Part shown: positions 10,544 through 24,479 of the stretch, piece after piece
Numbering within the stretch: the stretch's first letter is position 1
How the letters are laid out: every line of letters starts with the position of its first letter
From: Rebecca billardiae RCC1528
Taxonomy: Eukaryota > Protista > Haptophyta
Direction of reading: 5' to 3'
Length of the DNA: 64,000 nucleotides
Assembly: GCA_965240325.2 (NCBI GenBank)
Contig: OZ251232.1
Span: forward strand, 1,860,001 to 1,924,000
Program-made: the position numbers and the translations under genes
The notes under the pieces: model-generated
What the model was told of the DNA's origin: nothing
Database searches by the model: none
Seen by the model: only the letters and a program-made list of their open reading frames with translations

Positions 10544-13500
10544 GCCACAGCAACCTGCTGCCCGCGCGCTCAGCGACACGCGGCGCACGCATGCCTCGTC
10601 GGCTCGCTCCGCCGCCGTCGCCTCGCGGCACGGTGGCTGCGCCGCTCGCAGTCGGCGCATTGCGTTCGCTACACGCTCTGCGCTCGCCGCTGCCCGCCGC
10701 GGCTCGCCCGCGCAAGCGCGAGCTCGCGCCCGCGCCGCTCGACAGCAGCCTGCTGCCCGCGCGCTCATCGACGCGCGGCGCGCACATGCCTCGTCGGCTC
10801 GCTCCGCCGCCGTCGCCTCGCGGCGGGGTGGCTGCGCCGCTCGCAGTCGGCGCATTGCGTTCGCTACACGCTCTGCGCTCGCCGCCGCACGCCGCCGCTC
10901 GCCCGCGCAGGCGCGAGCTCGCGCCCGCGCCGCTCGACAGCAGCCTGCTGCCCGCGCGCTCAGCGACGCGCGGCGCACGCATGCCTCGTCGGCTCGCTCC
11001 GCTGCCGTCGCCTCGCGGCACGAAGCTGCGCTGATCGCAGTCGGCGCATTGCGTTCGCCACACGGTCTACGCTCGCCGCCGCACGCCGCCGCTCGCCGCC
11101 GCTCGCCCGCGCAGGAGCGAGCTCGCGTCCGCGCCGCTCGACAGCAACCTGCTGCCCGCGCGCTCATCGACGCGCGGCGCGCACATGCCTCGTCAGCTCG
11201 CTCCGCCGCCGTCGCCTCGCGGCACGGTGACTGCGCCGCTCGCAGTCGGCGCATTGCGTTCGCTACACGCTCTGCGCTCGCCGCTGCCCGCCGCGGCTCG
11301 CCCGCGCAAGCGCGAGCTCGCGCCCGCGCCGCTCGACAGCAGCCTGCTGCCCGCGCGCTCATCGACGCGCGGCGCGCACATGCCTCGTCGGCTCGCTCCG
11401 CCGCCGTCGCCTCGCGGCGGGGTGGCTGCGCCGCTCGCAGTCGGCGCATTGCGTTCGCTACACGCTCTGCGCTCGCCGCCGCACGCCGCCGCTCGCCCGC
11501 GCAGGCGCGAGCTCGCGCCCGCGCCGCTCGACAGCAGCCTGCTGCCCGCGCGCTCATCGACGCGCGGCGCGCACGCATGCCTCGTCGGCTCGCTCCGCCG
11601 CCGTCGCCTCGCGGCACGGTGGCTGCGCCGCTCGCAGTCGGCGCATTGCGTTCGCTACACGCTCTGCGCTCGCCGCTGCCCGCCGCGGCTCGCCCGCGCA
11701 AGCGCGAGCTCGCGCCCGCGCCGCTCGACAGCAGCCTGCTGCCCGCGCGCTCATCGACGCGCGGCGCGCACATGCCTCGTCGGCTCGCTCCGCCGCCGTC
11801 GCCTCGCGGCGGGGTGGCTGCGCCGCTCGCAGTCGGCGCATTGCGTTCGCTACACGCTCTGCGCTCGTCGCCGCTCGCCGCCGCTTGCCCGCGCAGGCGC
11901 GAGCTCGCGCCCGCGCCGCTCGACAGCAGCCTGCTGCCCGCGCGCTCATCGACGCGCGGCGCGCACATGCCTCGTCGGCTCGCTCCGCCGCCGTCGCCTC
12001 GCGGCACGGTGTCTGCGCCGTTCGCGCTCGGCGGGTCGCGTTCGCTACCAGTACACGCTCTACGCTCGCCGCCGCACGCCGCCGCTCGCTGCCGCTCGCC
12101 CGCGCAGGAGCGAGCTCGCGCCCGCGCCGCTCGACAGCAGCCTGCTGCCCGCGCGCTCATCGACGCGCTGCGCGCACATGCCTTGTCGGCTCGCTCCGCC
12201 GCCGTCGCCTCGCGGCACGGTGACTGCGCTGCTCGCGGTCGGCGCATTACGTTCGCCACACGGTCTACGCTCGCCGCCGCACGCCGCCGCTCGCCGCCGC
12301 TCGCCCGCGCAGGAGCGAGCTCGCGTCCGCGCCGCTCGACAGCAACCTGCTGCCCGCGCGCTCAGCGACACGCGGCGCACGCATGCCTCGTCGGCTCGCT
12401 CCGCCGCCGTCGCCTCGCGGCACGGTGGCTGCGCCGCTCGCAGTCGGCGCATTGCGTTCGCTACACGCTCTGCGCTCGCCGCTGCCCGCCGCGGCTCGCC
12501 CGCGCAAGCGCGAGCTCGCGCCCGCGCCGCTCGACAGCAGCCTGCTGCCCGCGCGCTCATCGACGCGCGGCGCGCACATGCCTCGTCGGCTCGCTCCGCC
12601 GCCGTCGCCTCGCGGCACGGTGGCTGCGCCGCTCGCAGTCGGCGCATTGCGTTCGCTACACGCTCTGCGCTCGTCGCCGCTCGCCGCCGCTTGCCCGCGC
12701 AGGCGCGAGCTCGCGCCCGCGCCGCTCGACAGCAGCCTGCTGCCCGCGCGCTCATCGATGCGCGGCGCGCACATGCCTCGTCAGCTCGCTCCGCCGCCGT
12801 CGCCTCGCGGCACGGTGTCTGCGCCGTTCGCGCTCGGCGCGTCGCGTTCGCTACCAGTACACGCTCTACGCTCGCCGCCGCACGCCGCCGCTCGCTGCCG
12901 CTCGCCCGCGCAGGAGCGAGCTCGCGCCCGCGCCGCTCGACAGCAGCCTGCTGCCCGCGCGCTCATCGACGCGCTGCGCGCACATGCCTCGTCGGCTCGC
13001 TCCGCCGCCGTCGCCTCGCGGCACGAAGCTGCGCTGCTCGCAGTCGGCGCATTACGTTCGCCACACGGTCTACGCTCGCCGCCGCACGCCGCCGCTCGCT
13101 GCCGCTCGCCCGCGCAGGAGCGAGCTCGCGTCCGCGCCGCTCGACAGCAACCTGCTGCCCGCGCGCTCAGCGACGCGCGGCGCACGCATGCCTCGTCGGC
13201 TCGCTCCGCCGCCGTCGCCTTGCGGCACGGTGGCTGCGCCGCTCGCAGTCGGCGCATTGCGTTCGCTACACGCTCTGCGCTCGCCGCTGCCCGCCGCCGC
13301 TCGCCCGCGCAAGCGCGAGCTCGCGCCCGCGCCGCTCGACAGCAGCCTGCTGCCCGCGCTCTCATCGACGCGCGGCGCACACATGCCTCGTCGGCTCGCT
13401 CCGCCGCCGTCGCCTCGCGGCACGGTGGCTGCGCCGCTCGCAGTCGGCGCATTGCGTTCGCTACACGCTCTGCGCTCGCCGCCGCACGCCGCCGCTCGCC

Positions 13501-15800
13501 CGCGCAGGCGCGAGCTCGCGCCCGCGCCGCTCGACAGCAGCCTGCTGCCCGCGCGCTCAGCGACGCGCGGCGCACGCATGCCTCGTCGGCTCGCTCCGCT
13601 GCCGTCGCCTCGCGGCACGAAGCTGCGCTGATCGCAGTCGGCGCATTGCGTTCGCCACACGGTCTACGCTCGCCGCCGCACGCCGGCGCTCGCTGCCGCT
13701 CGCCCGCGCAGGCGCGAGCTCGCGCCCGCGCCGCTCGACAGCAGCCTGCTGCCCGCGCGCTCAGCGACGCGCGGCGCACGCATGCCTCGTCGGCTCGCTC
13801 CGCTGCCGTCGCCTCGCGGCACGAAGCTGCGCTGATCGCAGTCGGCGCATTGCGTTCGCCACACGGTCTACGCTCGCCGCCGCACGCCGCCGCTCGCCGC
13901 CGCTCGCCCGCGCAGGAGCGAGCTCGCGTCCGCGCCGCTCGACAGCAACCTGCTGCCCGCGCGCTCAGCGACACGCGGCGCACGCATGCCTCGTCGGCTC
14001 GCTCCGCCGCCGTCGCCTCGCGGCACGGTGGCTGCGCCGCTCGCAGTCGGCGCATTGCGTTCGCTACACGCTCTGCGCTCGCCGCTGCCCGCCGCGGCTC
14101 GCCCGCGCAAGCGCGAGCTCGCGCCCGCGCCGCTCGACAGCAGCCTGCTGCCCGCGCTCTCATCGACGCGCGGCGCGCACATGCCTCGTCGGCTCGCTCC
14201 GCCGCCGTCGCCTCGCGGCACGGTGGCTGCGCCGCTCGCAGTCGGCGCATTGCGTTCGCTACACGCTCTGCGCTCGCCGCTGCCCGCCGCGGCTCGCCCG
14301 CGCAAGCGCGAGCTCGCGCCCGCGCCGCTCGACAGCAGCCTGCTGCCCGCGCGCTCATCGACGCGCGGCGCGCACATGCCTCGTCGGCTCGCTCCGCCGC
14401 CGTCGCCTCGCGGCACGGTGGCTGCGCCGCTCGCAGTCGGCGCATTGCGTTCGCTACACGCTCTACGCTCGTCGCCGCTCGCCGCCGCTTGCCCGCGCAG
14501 GCGCGAGCTCGCGCCCGCGCCGCTCGACAGCAGCCTGCTGCCCGCGCGCTCATCGACGCGCGGCGCGCACATGCCTTGTCGGCTCGCTCCGCCGCCGTCG
14601 CCTCGCGGCACGGTGACTGCGCTGCTCGCAGTCGGCGCATTGCGTTCGCTACACGCTATACGCTCGTCGCCGCTCGCCGCCGCTTGCCCGCGCAGGCGCG
14701 AGCTCGCGCCCGCGCCGCTCGACAGCAGCCTGCTGCCCGCGCGCTCATCGACGCGCGGCGCGCACATGCCTCGTCAGCTCGCTCCGACGCCGTCGCCTCG
14801 CGGCACGGTGTCTGCGCCGTTCGCGCTCGGCGCGTCGCGTTCGCTACCAATACACGCTCTACGCTCGCCGCCGCACGCCGCCGCTCGCTGCCGCTCGCCC
14901 GCGCAGGAGCGAGCTCGCGCCCGCGCCGCTCGACAGCAGCCTGCTGCCCGCGCGCTCATCGACGCGCTGCGAGCACATGCCTTGCCGGCTCGCTCCGTCG
15001 CCGTCGCCTCGCGGCACGAAGCTTCGCTGCTTGCAGTCGGCGCATTTGCGTTCGCTACACGGTCTACGCTCGCCGCCGCTTGCCGCCTCTCGCCTGCGCG
15101 GGCGCGAGCTCGCGTCCGCGCCGCTCGGCAGCAGCCGGCTGCCCGCGCGCTCATCGACGCGCGGCGCGCACACGCCTCGTCGGCTCGCTCCGTCGCCGTT
15201 GCCTCGCGGCACGGTGGCTGCGCCGCTCGCAGTCGGCGCGTTGCGTGCGCTACACACTCTACGCTCGCCGCCGCACGCCGCCGCTCGCTGCCGCTCGCCC
15301 GCGCAGGAGCGAGCTCGCGCCCGCGCCGCTCGACAGCAGCGTGCCGCGCGCACGCTCATCGAGGTGCGGCGCGCCCCTGCCTCGTCGGCGCGCTCCGCCG
15401 CCATCGTTTCGCGGCACGGTGGCTGCGCCGCTCGCGCTGGGCGCGCCCGTGCTCGCTACACGCTCTACGCTCGCCGCCGCTCGCCGCCGCTCGCCCGCGA
15501 AGGAGCGAGCTCGCGGCCACGCAGCTCAACAGCAGCGCGCTGCCGGCGCGCTTCATCGACGCGCGGCCCGCTCCTGCCCCGTCAGCCCGCCCCGCTGCCG
15601 TCGCCCCGCAGCACGGTGGCTGCGCCGTTCGGCTCCTGCCTCGTCTGCTCGCTCCGCCGCCGTCGCTCCGCAGCACGGTGGCTTCGCCGCTCGCACTCGG
15701 CGCGCCCGTGCTCTCTGCACGCTCTGCGCGCGCCGCTGCTCGACGCCGCTCGCCCGCGCGCGGCGCAAAGGCGCGCTCGCTCCCTCGCCGCTCAACAGCA
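10544..15800. repeat. GC-rich tandem array, ~195-208-bp unit
   Basis: GCCTCGTCGGCTCGCTCCGC recurs at 10593, 10788, 10983 and onward. The array decays towards 15.8 kb. Confidence 0.93.
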
Positions 15801-15839
15801 GCATGCTGCCCGCATGCTCACCGGCGCGCGACGCCCACG

Positions 15840-17280
15840 CGCGCGGCCCTCGGGTCGCGCGCGTACGCAGCGCTGGCGCCCCCGCCGGTCACGTTGTCCT
15901 GGTGCCGTGCAGGCCTGACACGTGTGCCTCCGCCCTCGCAGCCCGCACCGCGGCCCCCTGCTTGGGTCCCCCGGCCCGGCGCTTACGCGCGCGGCCCTCG
16001 GGTCGCGCGCGTACGCAGCGCTGGCGCCCCTGCCGGTCACGTTGTCCTGGTGCCGTGCAGGCCTGACACGTGTGCCTCCGCCCTCGCAGCCCGCACCGCG
16101 GCCCCCTGCTTGGGTCCCCCGGCCCGGCGCTTACGCGCGCGGCCCTCGGGTCGCGCGCGTACGCGGCGCTGGCGCCCCCCCCTCCGGTCACGTTGTCCTA
16201 GTGCCGTGCGGGCCTGACATGTGTGCCGGGCCCTCGCTGCTCGCACCGCGGCCCTCGGGTCGCGTCCGGCTTGGGTCCCTACCTGGCCCGGCGCTCGCGC
16301 GCGCGGCCCTCGGGTCGCGCGCGTACGCAGCGCTGGCGCCCCCCCCCCTCCGGTCGCGTTGTCCTAGTGCCGTGCGGGCCTGACACGTGTGCCGGGCCCT
16401 CGCTGCTCGCACCGCGGCCCTCGGGTCGCGTCCGGCTTGGGTCCCTACCTGGCCCGGCGCTCGCGCGCGCGGCCCTCGGGTCGCGCGCGTACGCAGCGCT
16501 GGCGCCCCCCCCTCCGGTCGCGTTGTCCCAGTGCCGTGCGGGCCTGACACGTGTGCCGGGCCCTCGCTGCCCGCACCGCGGCCCTCGGGTCGCGTCCGGC
16601 TTGGGTCCCTACCTGGCCCGGCGCTCGCGCGCGCGGCCTTCGGGCGTGTACGCAGCGCTGGCGCCCCCCCTCCGGTCACGTTGTCCTAGTGCCGTGCGGG
16701 CCTGACACGTGTGCCGGGCCCTCGCTGCCCGCACCGCGGCCCTCGGGTCGCGTCCGGCTTGGGTCCCTACCTGGCCCGGCGCTCGCGCGCGCGGCCTTCG
16801 GGCGTGTACGCAGCGCTGGCGCCCCCCCTCCGGTCACGTTGTCCTAGTGCCGTGCGGGCCTGACACGTGTGCCGGGCCCTCGCTGCCCGCACCGCGGCCC
16901 TCGGGTCGCGTCCGGCTTGGGTCCCTACCTGGCCCGGCGCTCGCGCGCGCGGCCCTCGGGTCGCGCGCGTACGTAGCGCTGGCGCCCCCCCTCCGGTCAC
17001 GTTGTCCTAGTGCCGTGCGGGCCTGACACGTGTGCCGGGCCCTCGCTGCCCGCACCGCGGCCCTCGCGGGTCGCGTCCGGCTTGGGTCCCTGCCTGGCCC
17101 GGCGCTTACGCGCGCGGCCCTCGGGTCGCGCGTGCTGGCTGCTTCGCCCCCCCTCCGGCCTGCGGTCGGCGCGCGCGGCCCTCTGGTCGCGCGTGCTGGC
17201 TGCGTCGGCCCCCCTCCGGCCAGCGGTCGGCGCGCGCGGGCCTCGGGTCGCGCGTGCGGTCGGCGCGCGCGGCCCTCGGG
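15840..17280. repeat. Second tandem array, ~147-165-bp unit
   Basis: GCGCGGCCCTCGGGTCGCGCGCGTACGCAGCGCTGGCGCCCCC and GGCCTGACACGTGTGCC recur at this period. Confidence 0.9.
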
Positions 17281-18720
17281 TTGCTTGCCAGCAGCGTGCA
17301 TGCGCTGCCTTCACGCGCTTGCGTCCGCCCCTGCTCTCGCGCGGCTGCCCGTGCTGGCGACGTCTTTGGTCTCACTCCGCCCTCTAGTCGCTCGCCGCTC
17401 AATGCGTTTGGTTTACCGGCTCGACCGCCCGCTCCACTGGCACTCGTCGCTCTGGGCTTTGTGACGCCGTCGTTCGCAGCTGCCTCTGCCGTGCTTGGCT
17501 TTGGCTGAGTCCTGTCCTGGGCGGGTGGGCCGCATCCACTGACAGTCTTGTCCTCGCCTGGTTGCCTTCCCCACTTCGTCCACGTTTATCTATGGGATTT
17601 CCTCTTCAACCTCGACGCGCGGACCACCCACCAATACAACCACAAATGGGATCCATCACACCGCGCGTCTGTCGGCGTCCAGCGGCCAGTCCTGCCGCGC
17701 GCTCGGCCCGAGCGCTGGCTGCCGCTCGCACTTTGTTTCCGAGGAACAAAATCCCATATGATACAAATAAAGTATGGTATCTCGCAGCGTGGCTCTGCCC
17801 TGCCCGGCGTGTGCCTCGCCTCCTCGCTGCCGATCTGGATGGCGCAGGCGCTTCGAGGACGGCTAGACGTGGGGTTATTGGCACAATAACTGATTGTCTA
17901 AGAGGACGGTGGGAGCGCAATGCGCCGTATCAACACCTGCCTGCCATTCGGCCCGAGCCAGGCGGCCGAGCTCAAGTCCGGCCGCCATCTTGGCCACCCT
18001 CTTCTCGTGCCACGAGGGACTTTTGAGCCTGCTCTGTGCTCTCGCACAACGACCCCGAACAACCTACTCGCTGTGATGCTCCTGGGCCTTAGGCAAATAG
18101 GCAAGGTTGGCGGCGGCACAGGACGGCCAATTGGTGAACTGGGTTTTTCATCAGGCGCCGAGCGAACCGACGCAGTCCAGTGCCTCTCGCTCACTCGCAG
18201 CGAACGCCCTTCGGAAGTGCCCACTGGCATGATGGCTGCAGCTGTTTCCGGGCCCGCATCTTCGCGATACCCTCTGCACGATGGTGCTTCGTGCCTTGCT
18301 CTCATGCGGCTTAGCGGCTCTCGAGCTGCGCCTTCTAAGCTGCCCCGCCCGCCCGCCCCCGCTGTTGCCAGCTTGTTGCCTGGCACTTTTGCTGCTGCGT
18401 CGGCGCGGAGCGCCCTCCGCCGTCGATGCCGCTCCTCGGTTTGGCATGCTGCTCGCTCTCTCAGTCTGCGGGCCGGCGCGCGGAGATCCATCACACCGCG
18501 CGTCTGTCGGCGTCCAGCGGCCAGTCCTGCCGCGCGCTCGGCCCGAGCGCTGGCTGCCGCTCGCACTTTGTTTCCGAGGAACAAAATCCCATATGATACA
18601 AATAAAGTCTGGTATCTCGCAGCGTGGCTCTGCCCTGCCCGGCGTGTGCCTCGCCTCCTCGCTGCCGATCTGGATGGCGCAGGCGCTTCGAGGACGGCTA
18701 GACATATATATATATATATT

Positions 18721-21700
18721 GACTATCACTGTGGCACCGGAAGGGACGATGTTGCGGATAAGCCTTTTCGTCGCCGCGGCGCTCCCCCAGTGGGAAAAAT
18801 GATTTTCCGTGGTTTTCACGATGGCTGCCGAACCACCTGGTTCGGCCGGCGGACGCCTCTCGAACGGACTTCGCTCGCTCGCGAAAAGTCGTCGTCGACG
18901 GTGTGGTGCGAGTCGCGCGACGGCCCGTGCGCGACGAGGAGTGCGCCGCGCGCCGTGCGCGCTTACCACAAGCCCCGCCCCTCCACCCCGCCCAAATCGC
19001 CCGCGCAGAGTGCCACCTCTCTCGACTCGCTCAGGTCACATGCCCGCCTCGGGCACGGACGGGCGTGCTCAAACACGGTGTACGACTTTGGGCAGGCGGG
19101 GCTCGTGAACCTAATAAGTCATTGTCGGGCGCCGCGCGGCGTGGTGGGTGGGATGGGCGTGGTATACACGGATCACGCCGGGCCGACACGGGTTGCGCTT
19201 TTCTCATTGTGTGAGCTGGCCACGATGCCCGGCGGCACGTCCTCGGTCGTGCCCGCTGGCAGCTGCTCCCGCGACCCGCGCGCACAGCTGCGTGTGATTC
19301 ATCGCGCGGACATCGGCGCGACCGCGTGTCTGGCGCATGCATACACCAGTGGGTCTCTCTGCAGGGCCGTTGCGTTCCGGTACGGCCACCCGCTGGCGCA
19401 GCAGGGCCGCTTTTCAGGTGCCGATGGCTTCCGATCGGCACAGCGCGATCCACTCCCCACGACTTTGGGCAGCCCTTGCCGACGAAGCCAATACGAGTGT
19501 ACCTGACCGCGCGCGCGCTGGTGATAGCGGGTGTGATGCTGCACGGCGTCGCAGCAGGCTGCCACGCCTGGAGCATCCTGCGGCACATTCCAACCGGATG
19601 CGCGCGCCGCGGCATGCGCTCACGTGTGCGCGAGCACGCCCACCACACCTGCCTGCGCGACGCGCGCGCAGGCGATACCGATGCTTCCAGTGGGCAAGGG
19701 GGCGATCGCGTGGACGCGGCAAGATGTCTGTGCCTACGAGCCTCCCGTGGCGGCCACGACACATCCGTTTGGCAGACCGTCGAGCAGCAGTGTGATCGCA
19801 GCAGGTGCTTTGCGTTTGCTCGGTGACGACGCAGTACGACCGCCAATCTGAGCTCAAGCACTGCTGTGGTCGACGAGCTGCGCGGCGAAGCGTGCGCGCG
19901 AGCCACGCGTGTGCTTGCATTGGCCTGTGACTCAACGACTTCGAGCGGGTGGCTTGGAACGCGCTTTCTGTATCCGCTGCGGCCACGCGCAGGTCGGCGC
20001 ATCGCTTTGGGGCGCGAGGAGCAGTGATCTCGACAGACAAGCGAGCTGCCTGCCCACTGCACGCCCGCGCCCGCCAACGGCTGCTGCCGCTCACCAGCCC
20101 GGCCAGTTGGCAGTTCGGGCGGTAAGACCAGCCACTTGCCGCGCGTGGCCCATCATTGGCCGCCGCCCGTCTCATCAGCACCGCGCGGCCGCCTCCGGTG
20201 CCGCGCCCCGGGGCCGGCCCGGATACGTCAGCACCGCGGACTGCAGCACCGCCGCGGCTCGTCCGATGACATCGCCGGGCGATGACTCACCGCTCGACGC
20301 CGACTGACAGTCACTCTACTGCTGGCGCCAGTCATCTCCGATCAGCAGTCGTCGTCCGTCCGCTATATCTCATCATCAGTACCCGGCCGCCGCGCGGCCG
20401 ATTCACTACTCATCGTCTGCGCGGCGTCACTACTGCTGCTGCTCGGATGATTCCGATCTCGCGGACCGTCCGAGACATCTGACGCGCGCCGCGCGCGCGC
20501 GCGGGGTGCGCGGCCCGATATGCGCGGATCGCCGGCGGCCGGCGGCGGGGCCGGCGGCGGGGCCGCCGCTCGGCCGCGCCGCGCTCCCGCGCCGTATATC
20601 GTCAGAGTCGTACGACGCGACATATGAGCCCCCAGCACGGCGCGCCGGCCTCGACGACCGTATGTGATGGGCTGCTCATTGTCTGTTCCACGTCCAGCTG
20701 CGCGACTCGTATGATGCGCGCCGGTCGCGGCCCACCCGAACGGCCGCGATGACGCTCCGGGCCGTCCAAGCCGTCAGCCTCCGAGAGTATAGTCGGTGGC
20801 ACGGCATCCGCCTGCCGGCGCGCGCGGTATACCCAAATCAGTCTGCCCGGTGCGACTGCTGCTCCCTCTGCGGCAGTCGCCTAGATCGATCATCGCGGCC
20901 GCCGCGCGCCGCCGCCCACGCTGCGCGGCGTGCAGCTGCACTCGCCGCCGCGCGCCGGGCTCAGCGCCACGCGTCAGCGTTCGCCGCCGATGCCCACGCT
21001 GCGTGACGCGCACCTCGCACGGCTGTGGCGGCGCGGGCCGAGCCGCGCACGCGCACGCTCGCAGCCACCGCCCACGCTCTGCGGCGTGCAGCACTCGGCG
21101 CCGCCGCGCGCCGGGCTCGGCGCCGCGCGTCAGCATTCGCCGCCCAAAGGCCTTGCACACGCGCCCAACCGATGCCGATGTTTGAAGCCGTCCCTAAAGC
21201 ACCCTCGCCAGCGTCCCATCCCGGCCACGAGCTAGCGTGCCACCGAGCAGCGTCGCAGCCGCGCGGCGCGCGGCTCGGCTGCCCGCCCGGCCCGGGCGCT
21301 GCTGCGAGCTCGCACGCCCATCGCCGCGGGCTCGAGCGGAGCCCTCCGGCAGCGAGGCCTTGCATACACGCCCAGACGATGCCGATGCTTGCAATCATTC
21401 CTCCGACGCACTCGCCGGCGGCCGATCGCGGCCGTGAGCCAGCGTGCCACCGGCACGCTTGACGAGTGGGTCACGGCCGTCGACAAGCACCGGTGCCCAC
21501 TGCTCAGCATGCCGACATCCGTAGACCCAGATGCACTCCAGAAGAGCGACGCTCGGGGCGTCACGATAAGCATAGATACCACTGGGACTGATCCCCACCC
21601 ATCTAGCTCCATCCTGCGCTTGCTAAGCCCTCGGAAGTGGTTGCACGCGCCTCGCGTGCAACATGTCGACCGCGAGTCGCAATCGCGCCTTGCGCACGGC

Positions 21701-21896
21701 GCCCAAGGACGGCTAAGACGGCGACGAGGTGGGTCTGGGCGGGCTTCCTCCGCCTGCCGGGACCCGTGCGCCTTGCCCCCGCGCACGAGCGCCGGCCGGC
21801 GACCGCTCACGTGGCCGTCAGAATTTTTCCGCGGCGGTCGCCGTGCGGGGACGGGTTATCCGCAATCGCCATCGTTCCGGTGCCACTGTGATCGTC
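18721..21896 (+). mobile_element. 3.2-kb TIR element with decayed KDZ (Kyakuja-Dileera-Zisupton)-like transposase motifs
   Basis: TIRs GACTATCACTGTGGCACCGGAA and GACGATCACAGTGGCACCGGAA match 20/22, plus an inner TTGCGGATAA. Plus-strand remnants VYDFG (19078), VAFRYGHPLAQQGRFSGADGF (~19368) and RLWAALADEANT (~19460). Flanked by (TA)n and (TATC)n. Confidence 0.65.
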
Positions 21897-22284
<388 letters not shown>

Positions 22285-24144
22285 GATCGGCTACGCCGAT
22301 CTTCGGGTAGTGAACAACGAAGTTGAGGGCGCACGGCCCTAGTGGCTAGTCACCATCACGCAGCTAGTGAGCTTGTGAATGTGAGCAGCAGCCGCGGCTT
22401 GTGACGACACGGTCGGACGGTCGGACGGTGCCGGTGCGGCGGGGGCAGCGGCGGCGCGACGGCGTCGGCGGTGGCGCGCTCGTACAGCGTCTGCAGCACG
22501 TGCGCAGCGTGACTGCGTGTGCAGCAGCGCGCCGCTCAGCTCCCGCCGCTCCACGCCGCCGCAGCGGCGCGCGCGGCGCGCGCCCGCCTCGGCCGAGGCC
22601 GCGCCCGCCACCATCCGTCGCGCCGCCGCCAGCTGCTGCGCCGTCGGTGACGGCGGTGGGTCGAGTGCAGAGAGGAGGTGGATGAGCCAGTGCAGCCCGG
22701 ACTGCGTGACGTCCACGTCCACCACCGCGTCCTCCTTCGCCACCGCCATCTCCTCCGCCCGCCCCGCCCCCCAGCGGCGGTCCCACCACTTAGTAGGCGG
22801 CGACCGCGGCCCGGCGCGTCACGCCGCGCGCGCCCGGCGAGCGCTCGGATGACGAACCGGCTGGGCGGCAGCGTGGGCGGCGAGGCGACGCGCTCTCCGC
22901 CGCTGACGGAGGAGTTGACGGAGGTCGTGCGCGCGAGGTCGGCGGCGGTGTGCGCGGCGGCGCTGGGCGAACGTGCGCCAGCCTCTCGGGCAGCACTGAG
23001 CACATGCCCCGCCGCGCGCCCGCCGCCGCCCAGGCTCCCGCGCTCGGCCGCGCGCCGCGCCGCCGCGCTGTCCGGATGGCGCACCTCCCTCGACTGCGCC
23101 GCCACCATCGCCCTCGCTCCCTGCAGTCGCCGCCCCCGCCGCCTGCCGTGACGCGCCCGCCGCGCGCCGTGGGCGGCACTCGCGGGCGTTGTCGTCGGCT
23201 GAGAGCCGGCGGCGGTGACGCGCGGGCGGCCGCCGATGGCGAGGGTGAGGACGGACATGCCGTTCGGCGCGCCTCCCTCGTCCTCGGTGCCGCCACCACC
23301 GCCCTCGCTCCCTTCAGCCGCCGCCCCCGACGCCTCCGCTTCGGGCGCTTCCGCTGCACGCCGTCGCGCCCCACGCGATCGCCCCACGCGATCGCGCACG
23401 TAGTGCCGGCAGTTGGCGACTGTTCGCGACCAGAGAGCCCAGAGTGACGGTTCGTTAACTCGTACCATAAAACTTTCCCTACAATAGGCAGAATCAAAGC
23501 CGATCGCTGCCCTTTCAAGTTGTCCAGGACACACTCGTTTTCAGAGAGCTGTTAATCCTCGCAGATAGAGATGTCGAATCCCACCCGCATGAGCAAGTCA
23601 GTAGCTCGATAGCCGTATGATATGAGAGCGCGCGGGAACGTCGGTTCGGACTACCCGCGCAATAACATCTTTGGTTCGCTTTATGCAGAATCTCGTTTCA
23701 GTTGAATGGCGGGCGATCGTCTTTCGTTGAAACGGTGTTTTTGAAGCGCAGTTCTCTTAAGAGAAGAGGGATGCGTCTAATCTAAAACGCTGTTTTTCAG
23801 AAGCGCGTGAATCAAAGCTGACGACCCAACCTATCGTTTCTATGGTTGGCGAGCTGTTTCAGGCTCTTACAATTCAGGCATCTTACTATGACGGAATGTT
23901 CTAACACACGGCTGGTGTTATGTGCTATTCCACCCTGCATTCCCCTAAGGGTTACTATCGTTAAAACCATTCAGACGGGCATTGCCGGGTTGCACCCGGC
24001 AATGCTGCATTCACCCCGGTCCTACCGGAATGCAGGGCTCGCCCCGCTGACCGCTCCAAGTAGTGCCGCGCCCGCACTGCGGCCACTTCATCGTCATCAA
24101 ATATATATTGCGTATTCATCGTCAATAATGATATTCATGCAGGA

Positions 24145-24149
24145 CTCTC

Positions 24150-24211
<62 letters not shown>
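24145..24211. repeat. (CT)n microsatellite
   Basis: Direct reading. Confidence 0.95.
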
Positions 24212-24214
<3 letters not shown>

Positions 24215-24479
24215 TCCCCTTTATTACGGATTCCGGGTGATCAGACTGGCCGGCAGCCGAAGCCTCCCGGAGCCCTACCCTGGCCAGCCCCCAATTCCAC
24301 TGAGGCAGAGGCGCTGCTGCAGATATCGCTGTCGGGCAGGAGCCAGTGGCAGGTGCCGGTCACTAGCACATCGTCGGTCCGCCAGTGGTCGGTCACTCTC
24401 AGGCCAGGGTCCGGCAGTTCAAATACGGCGAGCAAACTCAGCTAGTAGGGCGCCAGCCCAGGAGCAGGTCGGTGCGCGC

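Larger units (their letters stand above)
10069..18703 (+). mobile_element. 8.6-kb non-autonomous split-direct-repeat element (A1...B1-A2-spacer-B2), PAT/Ngaro/TOC1-type tyrosine-recombinase retroelement architecture
   Basis: A1 10069-10543 matches A2 17869-18343 (475 bp). B1 17650-17868 matches B2 18485-18703 (219 bp, one substitution seen). B1 abuts A2. (TA)n lies on both sides. No RT or YR ORF is present. Confidence 0.8.

Noticed and set aside
10120-17500. Very long Ala/Arg-rich ORFs (up to 1227 aa) in several frames
   Set aside because: These are by-products of stop-poor GC-rich tandem arrays; unit-length variants shift the frame freely.
10069-18343. Classical LTR retrotransposon using A1/A2 as LTRs
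   Set aside because: No TG...CA ends or TSD at A2, and the element continues through B2 to the TA tract.
22339-23850. Minus-strand fragments (VDVDVTQSGLHWL, Ulp1-like HW)
   Set aside because: The motif is too short and the frames are broken; no supportable call.
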